This document shows positions 49,714 to 64,000 of a stretch of 64,000 nucleotides of DNA, piece by piece. The DNA lies in contig NC_043000.1 in assembly GCF_006345805.1 (NCBI RefSeq), positions 154,876,001 to 154,940,000 of the forward strand. Reading direction: 5' to 3'. Made by a program: the position numbers and the translations under genes. The notes below the pieces were generated by a model. It was not told where the DNA came from, made no database searches, and was given only the letters and a program-made list of their open reading frames with translations. Source of the stretch: Octopus sinensis (lineage: Eukaryota). Each line of letters opens with the position of its first letter. Within the stretch, counting starts at the first letter, position 1.

Positions 49714-50242
49714 GTTATATATTTTATATATAAATGGTTATATATTTTATACAAAATATAACTAAGCTCATCAATAAAATATTCTGATAAATTATCAGGT
49801 TCAATGAAGGAAAAGGAAAATATTCCATGAATTTACTCCCGATTAATTAATTTTATCTTCTATTTTAATGAGATAGCTCATGTAATTAATAAGCTGCAGG
49901 TTAAATCAGGCTGAAGATTCCTAAAAGGAATGAAATAGTACTACATAGGATTACCACCAACTACGAATTATAAGAACTTCAAAATAGATAAAAACAACAT
50001 ATATGTGAAAACTATGCTCTCCCTTCCTCGTACTCTTTCTTTTCGAAATCAAGATTTTAATCCTTCCACGTATTGTGAGGGGTTAGTTATCTCCCTTATA
50101 TCAATTACCGGAGTCAGAGGGTACCTAGTTTAAAATATGCGATATTTATTAAAACATATAATGGTTCAAATAATATCATATATATTTATATACGTTCTTA
50201 CTCGCCCTGGTAATATATCCCCCTAAACTCACATTCACTATA

Positions 50243-50267
50243 ACTATTGCTCATATATATATATATA

Positions 50268-50312
<45 letters not shown>

Positions 50313-50317
50313 TATAT

Positions 50318-50376
<59 letters not shown>

Positions 50377-50407
50377 TATATATTATATATATATATATAT
50401 ATTATAT

Positions 50408-50471
<64 letters not shown>
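50243..50471. repeat. (AT)n microsatellite with interruptions, ~230 bp
   Basis: Direct reading of the sequence. Confidence 0.95.
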
Positions 50472-50473
<2 letters not shown>

Positions 50474-50474
50474 A

Positions 50475-50706
50475 AAGGCGGCGAGATGGCAGAAACGTTA
50501 ACGCGCCGGGCGAAATGCTTAGCGGTATTTCGTCTGTCGTTACGTTCTGAGTTCAAATTCCGCCGAGGTCGACTTTGCCTTTCATCCTCTCGGGGTCGAT
50601 ATATAGAGTACCAGTTTCACACTGGGTCGATGTAAATGACTTAATCTCTTTGTCTGTTCTTGTTTGTCCCCTCTATGTTTAACCCCTTGTGGGTAGTAAA
50701 GAAATA
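50475..50706 (+). mobile_element. SINE family B
   Basis: AAGGCGGCGAGATGGCAGAAACGTT...GGGTAGTAAAGAAATA. Confidence 0.92.
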
Positions 50707-51597
50707 TATATATATATGTTCTTTACATTTTCGCACATTGACCACTGTGAATAAAAACTATTTAGGAGTCATTGCTGTATGCTGTGTGCGAATATAAATG
50801 TTTCTGGAGAAACTGTTAAATAAATATTCTAAAAAATAGGATCTTATGTAAAACTCCTCTCTGCAGTAGAGAACAGAAAGAGAGAAATTTAATAAAACAC
50901 GTCTAGTCCTTAAGTTATAGTAATATATCTACTCCAAGTGTCCGCACCTTAAAATAGCTTACCTAACTTCTCTGCAATAAGAGTTGCACTATGAATTAAT
51001 ATATTCTAATCATATGAAACTATTTTAAAACAGCGCAAACTAAGGTATAGGTAAAGGTTTGTCCCTGAGGATTGCTTATTGATTTATTTCTATTTTGTGT
51101 TCATCCAATTCTGATCCACATTTTGAAATGGAAACAATCAAAGTATATCTTCATATCCATAAATCCACACATGTGCATTACATACACGAATATAGACATG
51201 CACGTGCGTACACACACGAATATATTGTGTGGGCAAATACTACATATGTGCATACATACATACAAACATACATACATACATACATACATACATACATAAA
51301 CTTATATATACATGTGTGTGTATGTATATATACATACATATATTATATATATATCTAAGTGTGTATATGTATATATTTATATATATATACATATAGGTAT
51401 ATAAATGTATATATATATTAATAGCAAATATATATCCATAGATAAAAATTTATATGTACGTTTTTTTATATATACATATATATATTCACATACGCACACA
51501 CATGCATACACACATTAATGTTTATGAGCGCTTGATACTGTTTACAATCTACTATTATTTGCATACATATACATACAAACACTACTTTTATACGTAC

Positions 51598-51689
<92 letters not shown>

Positions 51690-52057
51690 GGGACATATAT
51701 ATGTACTTATGAAAGGAGTGTTTGTATGTTTATGTATGCACACAACAATAGATTGTGAACACAATCAGGCACTCGTACATATTAATGTGTGTATGTGTAT
51801 GTGTGTACGTGCGTTTCGCGCGTGAATATACATACATATATAAAAAAATGTTCATTGTATGCTATAGTTAATGAATATAATTGAGAAAGAGAAGTGCGAG
51901 ATTAGTTACTGTGATTCATTTAGTTTCGTCCATTTCCAATAGTCCCATATTTAAATTATGACTATGAACTCTCCAGAGGGCCAGAAATATATTAATATTG
52001 ATTCCATAGACTATACTCTTTTGTTAAACTCAGCCTTGTTCTTAGTCAAATCATATA

Positions 52058-52451
52058 TCTTTACATATAAAAGATAGGTTGTGTGCTGTCTGTCTCCTAC
52101 GATTTAGATTCCTAACTACTCCCACATTTTGCGGTGCAGTTTAACCAAAACCGGGTATCTTATAGTCGGGATTCCTATCGAGCCCTTCTGGGTATTAGCG
52201 CGCGTCTACGATGAGTCTACGATTAAAAAAAAAAATTACCATCAATTTTTCCCATTTTTAATGCATTTTTGGCATATATAAGGGAAGTAACTCTCTAAAA
52301 ATTTATTATTAAATCTCAGAACGTAAAAAGCTACAGTAACACCCCCTTTGTGGTTAGCCATATTGAGATGGCTATTATACTTTACATCTCTAAAAATTCT
52401 TATATAGTTATTTCTCTTACAAACCCGAGCAACGCCGGGCGATACTGCTAG
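52058..52451 (+). mobile_element. Non-autonomous Helitron, different body but same 3' end as the 33-kb and 45-kb copies
   Basis: A|TCTTTACATATAAAAG 5' end; CTTACAAACCCGAGCAACGCCGGGCGATACTGCTAG|T 3' end. Confidence 0.88.
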
Positions 52452-52832
52452 TATATATATATATGGCGGTGCCCCAGCATGGCCACAGCTCATGAGCTGA
52501 AACTAGAATCAATCAATCAATCAATATATATGAGTGTGTATTGTTAATGAAATTATATGCAACATAGAATTGATAAATTATACCAAATAATATTACAAAA
52601 ATATTAAAGTTAAGTATTTCATTATAAACACATGTCTCCTATGAAGTCGAACACTGTTTTGAGTGCTATCAACACACACATAAATATCTTTTATGCATAA
52701 TCGCATACACTCGCGACTAATCACACACGTATATATATGTATTTATGTATGTATTAATATATATATATCATTCACTATGGTGGGCCGCTGATATCTACAA
52801 GTGTTTCGCACTCTCTGTTTATTTTTTCTTAT

Positions 52833-52871
52833 TCTTTTCTGTTGAAGAGCGTAGGCTCGAAACGTAAAAGA
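52833..52871 (+). ncRNA. Minimalist hammerhead-like motif (A6 to U core change)
   Basis: UUUU-CUGUUGA-A-GAGC(GUAG)GCUC-GAAA-CG-UA-AAAG; perfect 4-bp stem II and palindromic ACGU helix III; sister of 3254-3289. Confidence 0.5.
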
Positions 52872-53408
52872 CTTTCATTTTTCCCGCGCGTCAAACAAAT
52901 ACACTTGCTTGCTGTTCATACACTTGTCTTCATCTTTTGTTTGTCAATAAATTTCAGCTATATATATATATATATATATGTGTGTGTGGTGTGTGTGTGT
53001 GTGTGTGCGTATGTGTGTGTGTACGAACTTGTGAACCACACCAAAACAAGAAATAGAAGTAAACACAGAAACAAACCCGCAAACATTAACAACAAGCAGA
53101 GATTTAACTACAAAACAAAATTCGGTTTAACTCAACCGAAAAAGTTCCTTCTTCAGCTGCCTAACAGTTATCAATGTGATTTCAATACAGAATACAGGAA
53201 CACTACTTCCTTTGGTGTGAAATAGCCTTAATAATAACGCACTATATGGAAGTATACAATCCAAATGGTTCTATATAGTCCAGAAATCATGAACATATAC
53301 ATTTAAGACATCAACACAGACTGCACAATGAAACCGTACAAAAAATCATGTCATTTAAATACGTAATATACCAATAAACAAAGCAGAAGAAACATACCTA
53401 ATTTACAT

Positions 53409-53470
<62 letters not shown>

Positions 53471-53781
53471 GCATACATACATACATACATACATACCTAC
53501 CTAAATACATACATGCATAATAAGCTGTTTGTTAGATATAAGAATAAAAACATTGATGTAAAAAACGGCACAGAATGAGTTATGTGTGTTTGTGCGTGTG
53601 TGTTCGATTATGTATATACATATATTTGCGTGTGTGCTGTCAACGATCCACTATTTCCACGTCCTATATATAAGCTGTCACATGTGAAAAGGCACAATCT
53701 TGCAACTGACCGGACATCACAGAAGTTAAGTTACAAGCCTGATATCTATGCATGTATACACATTTTGTATATGTGTATTTG

Positions 53782-53813
<32 letters not shown>

Positions 53814-53942
53814 TCTATCTATCTATCTATCTATGTGTATATATATATATGCAAATGTATACATTAACACACATGTGTGTATATGTATATATGATACATG
53901 TATATATACGTATATATGTACATTTATATAATTTTACACACA

Positions 53943-53972
<30 letters not shown>

Positions 53973-53973
<1 letters not shown>

Positions 53974-54225
53974 CACGTGATCACGTGACTGACCAGTCCA
54001 TCAGATGTAGTTACACATCGCTGGTCACAATGCGTTCGCATTGTTTTAGCCTTTGAATGATGCCACCCCGCTGGCTAAGCGAGCAGGCCAACAGAAGAAA
54101 GAGTGGGAGAAAGAGTGGTGAAAGAGTACAGCAGGGATCACCACCACCCCCTGCCGGAGCCTCACAACGCCCGGTCTGGGAATCGAAACCGCGATCCTAC
54201 GACCACTGGGCCATTGCGCCTCCAC
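53973..54225 (-). mobile_element. SINE family D (C-type head, distinct tail) with internal deletions
   Basis: Head 54090-54225 matches the family C head; tail 53973-54090 matches 41082-41200. Confidence 0.85.
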
Positions 54226-54330
54226 ATTAACGTTTATATTATTTATAAATGAGAAGAAAGTATCTAACCTACTATCAATGAAGAATTCCTGGCGACCGCT
54301 TTTAAACCAAGTTTATTTGTGTGTGGAAGT

Positions 54331-54829
<499 letters not shown>

Positions 54830-56523
54830 TTCTGTGAGTGTGTGTCTGTGTGTAATAACAGAATTTACAGTCGTTACATTAGTCGATCTTTCATGGCATT
54901 TAACATGTATATGCATGGCGGTACTATTGTCATCATCATCATTGTCAATACTCGGTGTCAAGAATTTACTCCATTGAATTTACCCATGTTCTTAAGATGG
55001 CGGTATATGACTACTTATGAACTAAAAAAGAACCGTAGCAACCACATCAAAGTGCGCAGCTGGGGCCAATAGTGCATTTTTATCGTTTTGCGATGGAAGA
55101 TGTTAAATACCTACCGAATTCATATATGGAAGTGTGTCGAACAATGCCGTTACATTCATACCATGTGAAGTTATAGACACATTCTCTTACATCCCCACAT
55201 ACTTTGAATTATTACTTTGTTCCATAGCAAATTGCATATGATACGATATATTTCATAAAAGCTCCATATGACATCCGCTGTTACTGTTATGTGTGTTCTG
55301 TCAACAATCTTAGAAAGTGGAATATATAATCAACAGAAGATATATGTTCAACATTTTTGGAAGAGTTTGCTAGCTTCTTTACGTTGAATACAAATACAAA
55401 CTATTGATCAACGAAATGTCTAAGAAGCTTTTTAATACAATCGATTTTCTGTCTTGAATAATTTTAAGCCTATCATTTTCAAATGCATATTGCTAAAATG
55501 AAACATTTTAAAATTATGTCCACTGATCTGAAATTTAGGTAGCTAGTCATGAAACGAGACTATTTGTATCTCGTATGATTTGATTTAGTTCCACTAAAAT
55601 TATGTGTAAGTAGTTTTGACAATTATTGTTTATCCAAAGTACTATCAAATAAGAAACTTTATCCAAAGCTAAGAGTAATCTTAAATGGATGCCAAACATT
55701 GTAATGTGTTGAAGTCTATGATAGTTTAGAATCAATTCTTTGTTTTCCCATTGAAATATTACTCTGTAAATATTGTTTGATCGCATATAATATTCTCTCT
55801 TTTATAAATTAGATGGAAGGGAAGTAACAGCACCTATAAGTCCTTCAGGTTCAGCTACACGGTAAGATAATTTTAGCACATTCAATACATGATCAATAAG
55901 ATTAGTGCTTCGTTTGAACTTCAGGTTGCTGGTTGCAGAGAAAATGTAGCGTAGAAGTGTTCAAGAGAAGAACGAACTAGAGGGAAAAGGTGGCAAGAGT
56001 GCTTATTATTTGGATATGAGAGAAGCAGTACAGTTTTGAGGAGGATAGAAAGATATGTGGGTGTACTGAGTAGTTTTAAGTAGAATTGGTACACCACTAG
56101 AAAGTCTGGAGAGGACACAGTTGTGTTTGTGATTGAAGATATAATCAGTTCATCGATGAATCTATTTTCGTTAAGATTCATGTTCAGCAAACGGCTCAAA
56201 GGTTATAGTAAATAAATAACTAAACACCAACTTACGACTACGAAACTGCTATAGTGAATAGCAATCATAATCTCGCCCACGCATGCAACATTTTGCTTTT
56301 CAGTTGTTTATGTTGATGTGAAGAATATCAGTCTTTATTTTCAGGATTTTATAAGATTTCTTTGAAATTTCAGTTCAGTTTATGATTATAAGATATTTGA
56401 GAGTATCTAAACAACTGTTAAGATGTTGATTTCCTTACATATGAAATTAGATATTGACTGAGAGCAAATGTCGCATTCGTCTAGTAGAAGCTAAAAATGT
56501 GATTTTGTTACATTTATACTGTT

Positions 56524-57183
56524 CATCATCATCATTGTTCGACCGTGGTCGAGACAATGGAATTTACCATGCTACGCCAGACTTCACGGTTCATCATGGC
56601 ATTACGGAGGTCCTGTTGCTGGATGCCTGTATCCCTGGAGATTACATCAGGGTAGGAGAGTGTGCGCCCTCTGGTATTGCGAGTAGATGGCTTCCAGAGG
56701 AGAAGAGTAGAAATTACCTCTTTTTCAGCTCTACAACAATGTCCAGCAAACTGGACTCTCCTACCTTTCACAAGAGATGACACAGGTGGTACTTTCCCAT
56801 ATATTTGCATTTTGGTTGGATGGCGCTTCCACGAGAGATTTTGAGCTCTCATAAGGAGGCGATTGTAGGTTCCATCCAACCGCTTCTCAAGCTTCTTTGA
56901 TAACGTCCAGGTTTCTGAGCCATACAGTAGAATTGGTTCGACCGTGGCTTTGAAGATTTCAAGTTTGAAGTCTCTACTTAGATTTGATGACCAGATCTTA
57001 TGCATGTCATTACAGGCTGACCAGGCCATACCCTTTCTAGTTAGAAAGTCTTTTCCAGATGATGATATGTATGACCCAAGATATTTGTAATCAGAAACCA
57101 TATTTAAGGGCGCATTGTTGAGAGTATGGATGATGCAATCACTGTTGGACAGGCACTTGTTTATGTATTCAGTCTTGGCCTCA
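56524..57183 (-). mobile_element. 5'-truncated RTE-group LINE with an uninterrupted ORF2 C-terminus and (GAT)n tail
   Basis: Open frame 57182-56532 (216 aa): EAKTEY..DYKYLGSYI..ILLYGSETW..FAGHC..; TGA directly followed by (TGA)n; 10-bp TSD TTATACTGTT at 56514-56523 and 57184-57193. Confidence 0.92.
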
Positions 57184-60100
57184 TTATACTGTTACCTATA
57201 TCATTAATGGCGTGAGTGAAGAGTGAAATGAAGAGCGAAACCAAGTTGCAATCTCAATGGCAGTGTTTGTCTCTCTTTTAACGTTACTCGCCTCAAAACG
57301 AACTTTCAATCAAGCATTTACAATACTTTGATGCTTGTTGCCCCAGTTCCAATGCCTTGCTGGTATGTACTTTTAAACTCTGTATTGAAGAAAGGTAAAG
57401 CTACTTTCGACGAAATTTTAAAAACAGAGTAGTAGAATAAATTTATGTACAATAAAATATTTATTTACACCAATGTTTTAACAGTTGTGAATATATATTC
57501 ATTTCTTTACATTACAAACAGAGCTAAACTTTATGAGAATGGGAAGTAGATACACAGTCAAATGAATGAGACTAAGTTTATTATTGCTTGTTATTTTATG
57601 AGTCCTACGACACGAGTTAGATACAAAGATATATTAAAAATCAATCATCAAATGTGTGATAATTCATTAAATGGGTAATACACAACGCAAGGAAAATACA
57701 ATGCCTAAATAATCGAGTAATGGAAGACAATGAATTTTGATAGTTTCAACAACATAAAGATATCAGTAGCTTTCTATTCTACAGATTGATTATGAAATAA
57801 GAGATAGAAAATATCTTCTCAGCTTAAAAAATTCTTTATAACAAACTTTGCTGATTTATTAACACAGAATTTCTGCGATTGCAAAGTTTCCATAATAGAA
57901 ATTTAAATCGTGTGCTTCACTGAAAATGTTAAATCTGAATGAAAGCTACTGCAAACAATTTTCTCGTATATTTTCTACACATTTAATTCGGAACTGATTT
58001 TTTATTCGTAGCTGATATATTTCTGAATTGTTTTATCGAATATGACATCATTCTTTAACTGAATATACTTTTAAAGTATTGCTCATGGCTAAATATTGAT
58101 AAAAATCTTTCCTATTATCTAACAGTGTTCTTGTAGATATAGTGCAATTTAAAATCCTGCTTATAAAAATGAAAAAAGAAAAATACGTTCAGAGTATTGA
58201 TAACGATTTCGAAAGTGCTTTACATTTCAATTTTCGTATTTGTGTTACCATATTTTTTCTGCTTAAAATTTCAGTTCAAGATTTATGAAATTGATACAAT
58301 TTCATAAAATAAAATCAGATGCAAAAAAAAAAAGAAAAAAAATTCAAACCGGAATTGAAATTCAAACATGAATCTAAATTTAAGAATAGAAATGCAGATT
58401 GTCTAGATAACAAATATTATTTTTAATTGAAGTTCTGTAAAAGATTTAATTTAATCTTATATTTATTCACTGAAGTTCTGTTTATTAAAATTTTCTAGTT
58501 TTATCAACTTCGAAAACTAAAATAAAATTCTTTGAACATTTTGATTCTTAAGATAAAAGAAGTGTTTGATTTAAGAAATAAAGATAAAGGTCCAAACACA
58601 AAATATAATAGGGAGTTTTAAATTAAACCTGAATTCTTGAACGATTAGAATTAAGTATATTACAAAAGATTCATTAATTAGACGAAAGAGGAATATATTT
58701 ATGGCTGGGAAAGCTTAGAGATGAACATGAGTGGGGAAAGCCTAATTAGAAACAAGTTTAATACGCAAATAGAAACAAGTTTAATACGCTCCTGTATAAT
58801 TCGGTTGCTCCGAGATTCCTCATAGTACAGCAATTCAATAAAGACAGTTCTTTATATAAATGTCACTAAAACATCTGAATGCAAGAACACTATAACCCAT
58901 ATTATTTTGCAACATGGAAAAAGGTAACAAGTCCAATGATGCACTGAACTTTGGAAGACAACTGTAATTATTAGATGTGAAAATGACAGGAATATCAGAG
59001 CAAAAAAATAAATACCCGACAGACCATAATCATTACGTAGTTTTGATTCCTGGTTCAAGCTATTTAATTTCACGCATGCTGATAATACTGCTGAAAAAAG
59101 ACAAGAACTTCCACATTTCTCTATATTCCTTATTTCTTTAGGTACTTTATTTAATGATTGTGTTCATCAACCCGGCTTACCGAGAACTTCCGTTTCATGG
59201 CATAGTTTCAGCAAATCAGTCTTTCATAAAACCCGTATTGAAAGGGTTAAATAAATATAAGTCGTTTGTGTCTAGTGAACATTGAAATCAATATCACCAC
59301 TAAGTTTGTAGTGATTTCTGCAGAAAAAAATTCCATCTGTTGTTATTTCTCAACTCTTCCGCAATAATTCCTGTAAATTTGTGTGTAAACTAAATAAGTG
59401 ATTACATATGAGTACACGATATAGATATGATGCAGATGATAGTGAGCTTCTTTATTTGCCTTACGTTATCTAGTTCGGTAATATGTCAGAACTGAGGTCA
59501 AACTTTACGGCGGCTAATGAAATAAGTATCAAGAATAAAGAGGACAAATAATGATAAATTGGTAAATTGATTTTTTATGTCCAACCATAAAAAATTGTTA
59601 CTTCTTATGTGATTCCTCTATCAAAGCCAATTAGCGCTTAAAACATTTAACTCCCAATTAAGAACTGACAGTTAATTAGATGAATAAGTTGTTAATCTAC
59701 ATCTTGACAGCTGCATCGTGTTTTCATTGGAAAAGTAAAGACATGAACCTCACTGTGTGATAACAAACCTAATCTGAAATCTCCAACAGATATGTCTTCA
59801 TGCAAATTTATCTACCAAGAGAAAAAAAATCCGTTAAATATATATAGAAATTTGGAATATATTTCCATATGTACACAGACAGACACATACACATATTTCG
59901 CTTTTTGGATTTGATTTGCAAGATTCTTTATGTGAGTTCGTGTGTTGAAGCATATTCTGTTGCGTCTGGGGAGAGTCATTCTCTTTTAGTGCCTTATAAT
60001 TTAACACACCCACCGATAAAATTACAAGGCACTAAAAGAGAATGATTCTCCCCAGACATAACAGTATATATATGCATATATTTATACACACACACATACA

Positions 60101-60474
60101 TATATATGTATTTATACATTCATACATCCATACACACATACACATATATACGCTAACGTTGAACGGTGAAAATTAGTGCTCACACTAATGCTCGCACTGG
60201 TGGAGAAATTTGTGGGTTATCAAGGCTGCCATTGATTTCATGCCCACAGAAAATTTATCAGCAATTATCAAGTCTGCCGCATCTTGGATGAAACTACACA
60301 GTTTGGAATTTTAGGATAAATGAATATACATAAATATATAGATCATAGGAGACAACGTATAAGAAAATCCTGATTGTTGTCTCCATTGCATAAGCCCATC
60401 CAGCGTCCAAATTTAAAAATATAAATTTGAATACACAAGTATATGCAAATGCACATTCATACAGAATATGTGCA

Positions 60475-60640
60475 CGCACACACACACACACACACTGGCA
60501 GACAAACACACACACACACACTGGCAGACACACACACACACACACACTGGCAGACAAACACACACACACACACACTGGCAGACAAACACACACACACACA
60601 CACTGGCAGACAAACACACACACATACACACTGGCTGATA
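60475..60640. repeat. Compound minisatellite CTGGCAGACAA(AC)n, 6 units, period 26-28 bp
   Basis: CTGGC anchors at 60495, 60521, 60547, 60575, 60603 and 60631. Confidence 0.9.
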
Positions 60641-60714
60641 AGCACAGACAGACAGACACGCATACCTGCATTATGAATTTTTCGCGTTTCAGGTATGGTT
60701 ATTCCCCATTGTTC

Positions 60715-60850
60715 CGTAAGGAGCCTAGGGCCACTTTCCCGGTTTCTCTGGCGTATACATATTCCTTCCTGGACGGGACGCCGGCCCATCGCAGGATTAC
60801 TGATTTTTACAAGCTGAGTAGATTGGAACAACGTAAAATGAAGTGTTCTG
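60715..60850 (-). mobile_element. Old SINE family E fragment
   Basis: TTTCCCGGTTTCTCTGGCGTATAC..GGACGGGACGCC..GCTGAGTAGATTGGAACAACGTAAAATGAAGTG. Confidence 0.75.
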
Positions 60851-61896
60851 GGTATGTGCACATAATTGTTCGTGTCTGATTATGTGCACATATCTGCACA
60901 TAATTGCAGAGTATCACATATTTTGACACCAAACTTGGTCCATGGTATTGTAAATTCATGGGGTCGTGAATTCATAAGTTTGTGTATATATGTATTCTGT
61001 GAATCAGGTGATGTCATGAATATGTGTAATACACCTATATCTCTGTACTAAGGGAAATCAGCTTAAGTTTATGGGGGCATGTATCTTTTATGCATATAAC
61101 TGATGTCCAGAGAAAAACTTATCTCGGTTGGATGAGTGGCAAGGTAGGTGCAGGGTCATGTTTAACATTTCGAAGTATGAATCGTTGTCTGTGCATGCAG
61201 GGAAAGAAGGTTTCCTGCCTAGGTTTAAAATGTTAACTGTTGATGTTATGGTAATGTTAAAATGTTAACTGTTGATGTTAAAAATGCTGAGCTCACATTT
61301 TCTGTCCGTCTCCTGCACTTGCTGGCCTTAGCTAAATGTTCCAGTTTATAAGGAGGTTACTCACGCTGCTCTCTTTAAGCGTCCATACCATATTGCCTTT
61401 ATATCTGAACGAAGCCAAATGACGCGTATAACTTACTTTGAAGATGCTTCCCGTCATTCCAATGTAGGTTTTTCGATGTTCCGTTCAAATCCGCAATGCT
61501 AGCTTTGTACAGTAATTTTTTTCTCTAGACAACTGTACCTTGAACAATAGTGCCTATTTGAGGAGGCAATGAGGTAATGTTTCACAGTTATATATATATG
61601 CATACATACATACATACATACATACATACATACATACATACATACATACATACATACATACATACATACATGTTTATACTCGAAGTGGATCTGTTTTGAA
61701 TACGGAATATGCAGAATGTAATAACTAAATTAATTTTTGCCATCTACACAGCTTATATAAAATGTAGGATTAAAGCCATAATGCGCCAAATATTAACCGA
61801 AAACAGTCTTATGGGATGACCACGGTTTCAACGGGTGATAAAATACAACTTTCATAAATTTTATTGATAAAACTGTATAAATATTTGTATATGTAC

Positions 61897-61952
<56 letters not shown>

Positions 61953-62982
61953 TACATACGTAAGTACAGTGTAACATACACACACACACACACGCGTACA
62001 CAGATGTAGATGTACAATAAACTAGCTAACAACCTGACATGTGGTATTTTGAAAACATTAAACTAAAGACTAGATCGTCGCACATGTGGTAATACTTTTC
62101 TGATGTCTAATTAATTTTTTTCCAGTTGTTTGATTTTCTTTTTCATTATTGGAAATTAAAGATGAATTGGTGACACCCGCATTGTTCCCGAGCTCGTTTT
62201 TACATAGTATATAGTAAATTAAATATTCACGGTACTTTGACGTATTGGAAAAATCCGAAATTCAGATGGCAGAGGTCGACAATGTAAAAACTTGTGGTAA
62301 GTTTGTATGTGTTTCTTATCAGAAACCAATTTTCAATGAATATAATTTCTGTAATAGAGGGACAACGTCACTTCATTCCAAGGATCAGAATAAAGATGTA
62401 TATTTATTCTGAAGATGGATTAAGAAATTTTGCTGTTCTAGAAATCTACAAAGAACACTTTCGAAAATATGAAACAAAAAGTCTAGATAAAAAAGACAAA
62501 ATTGGAAAGCGTCCGTACTTTAGATAAAATTTTTCGGAGTGCAAAACAGATCCCCACCTCTCTGTCTCTTTCTCTTGTTTTTTATGGCTCTTTCAACATA
62601 TAGACACAGAATGAGTGAGCGAACGAGAGAAAGAGAGAGAGGGGGAGAGAGAGAGAGAGAGAAAAGAAAGAAAGAGAAATAGATAACTAGATAGGTATCT
62701 AAACAGATAGATTATTCGGATCACCTCTCTCCGAGAACTGTTTTTAAAAATATGGCTGCCTTCCCGTTTTATCTTCTTTTTTTATCAAGATATTTTCAGT
62801 TTGTGTTCTTTGTAGTTTATTTAGAACAATAGAATTTCTAAATCCATCATGAAAATGTTTATACATCTGTATTCTGATCTTCAGGATGAAGTGATATTGC
62901 CTTTTTATTGTAAGCAGAAGCAATGTAATCGATATAGATATTATCGCAATTTGAAGTATACATACGCAATGACCCTAATTCC

Positions 62983-63368
<386 letters not shown>

Positions 63369-64000
63369 GCATTATTATCAGAAAGAGACGGGCAGGAAGT
63401 AATTTGATTGAAGATGTGAATATTTAGATATGAAATCTGATCGTAAACAAAGAGAGCAATTACATAAAAGTATATATTTGTAAAGCTTTTATATAATTCA
63501 TTCGATAAAATATGTACAACATCTAGATGTTGTTTAAAATTTCATGATATTTTACAAATAAAACCACATTAGTTTAAATACAAAATATATAGTATTTGAA
63601 ATATAACATGATTATAAAAAATACATTTTACTGACTGCTCAGGAAGTTTAGGGTGTCTGTCGAAAACGCTACGGTCATGAAAATAAAATTCCCTGAAACT
63701 GGGTTCGGCTATTACTATGCGAAGAAAATATCTAATCACTGTTGCTTATTGGTGGTGTTTCTTTGATTTTGCTAGTGATTGCATTTGACAAACATGTATT
63801 AGCTTACAGGTATTAACTTCGTCTTGTGCTTCATATCACACCATGATAAGTTAGAAGGCATTGATAGTTTAGTTGGTGGGGAGTGGAAATGGTGTCGGTA
63901 TATTTTTCCTTTTACCATCCACAGAGTCCTTTACTCCATCACATTCTGAAGGGTTTTCTTTTTAATGCATGTAAAATGAAATTTTGTTTGATAAATTTCT

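Noticed and set aside
58747-58789. Short tandem duplications (20 bp, period 23; also 61225-61280 and 46846-46890)
   Set aside because: Ordinary local slippage duplications with no further structure.
63632-63677. UGACUG-CUCAGGA...GAAA..CUA-CGGUCA hammerhead-like layout
   Set aside because: Core G5 is altered and stem II does not pair; single copy in the window, so it cannot be separated from chance.

Overview
AT-rich, microsatellite- and SINE-dense animal genomic DNA. The repeat families and composition best fit an octopod cephalopod (inference). Only one host protein-coding segment is supported: a minus-strand exon (CDS 9723-10232) encoding the N-terminal T1 domain of a Shaw/Kv3 voltage-gated K+ channel. 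The rest of that gene lies beyond the left edge, across an intron of more than 9.7 kb. The remainder is intronic or upstream DNA containing several tRNA-derived SINE families (labelled A-E here as working names), RTE-type LINE fragments, two decayed Tc1-like transposons (DD37E and DD34E), a Penelope-like remnant, four non-autonomous Helitrons and MITEs. The most notable unannotated signal is a set of Penelope-type minimalist type I hammerhead ribozyme motifs. One has an intact catalytic core (42491-42606). A 154-bp spacerless palindrome (41204-41357) encodes a hammerhead-like fold on each strand. A third family with an extra core A occurs twice (about 3.26 kb and 52.84 kb). All folds were derived by hand; no searches or folding programs were run. 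Most ORFs in the supplied track are microsatellite or SINE artefacts.
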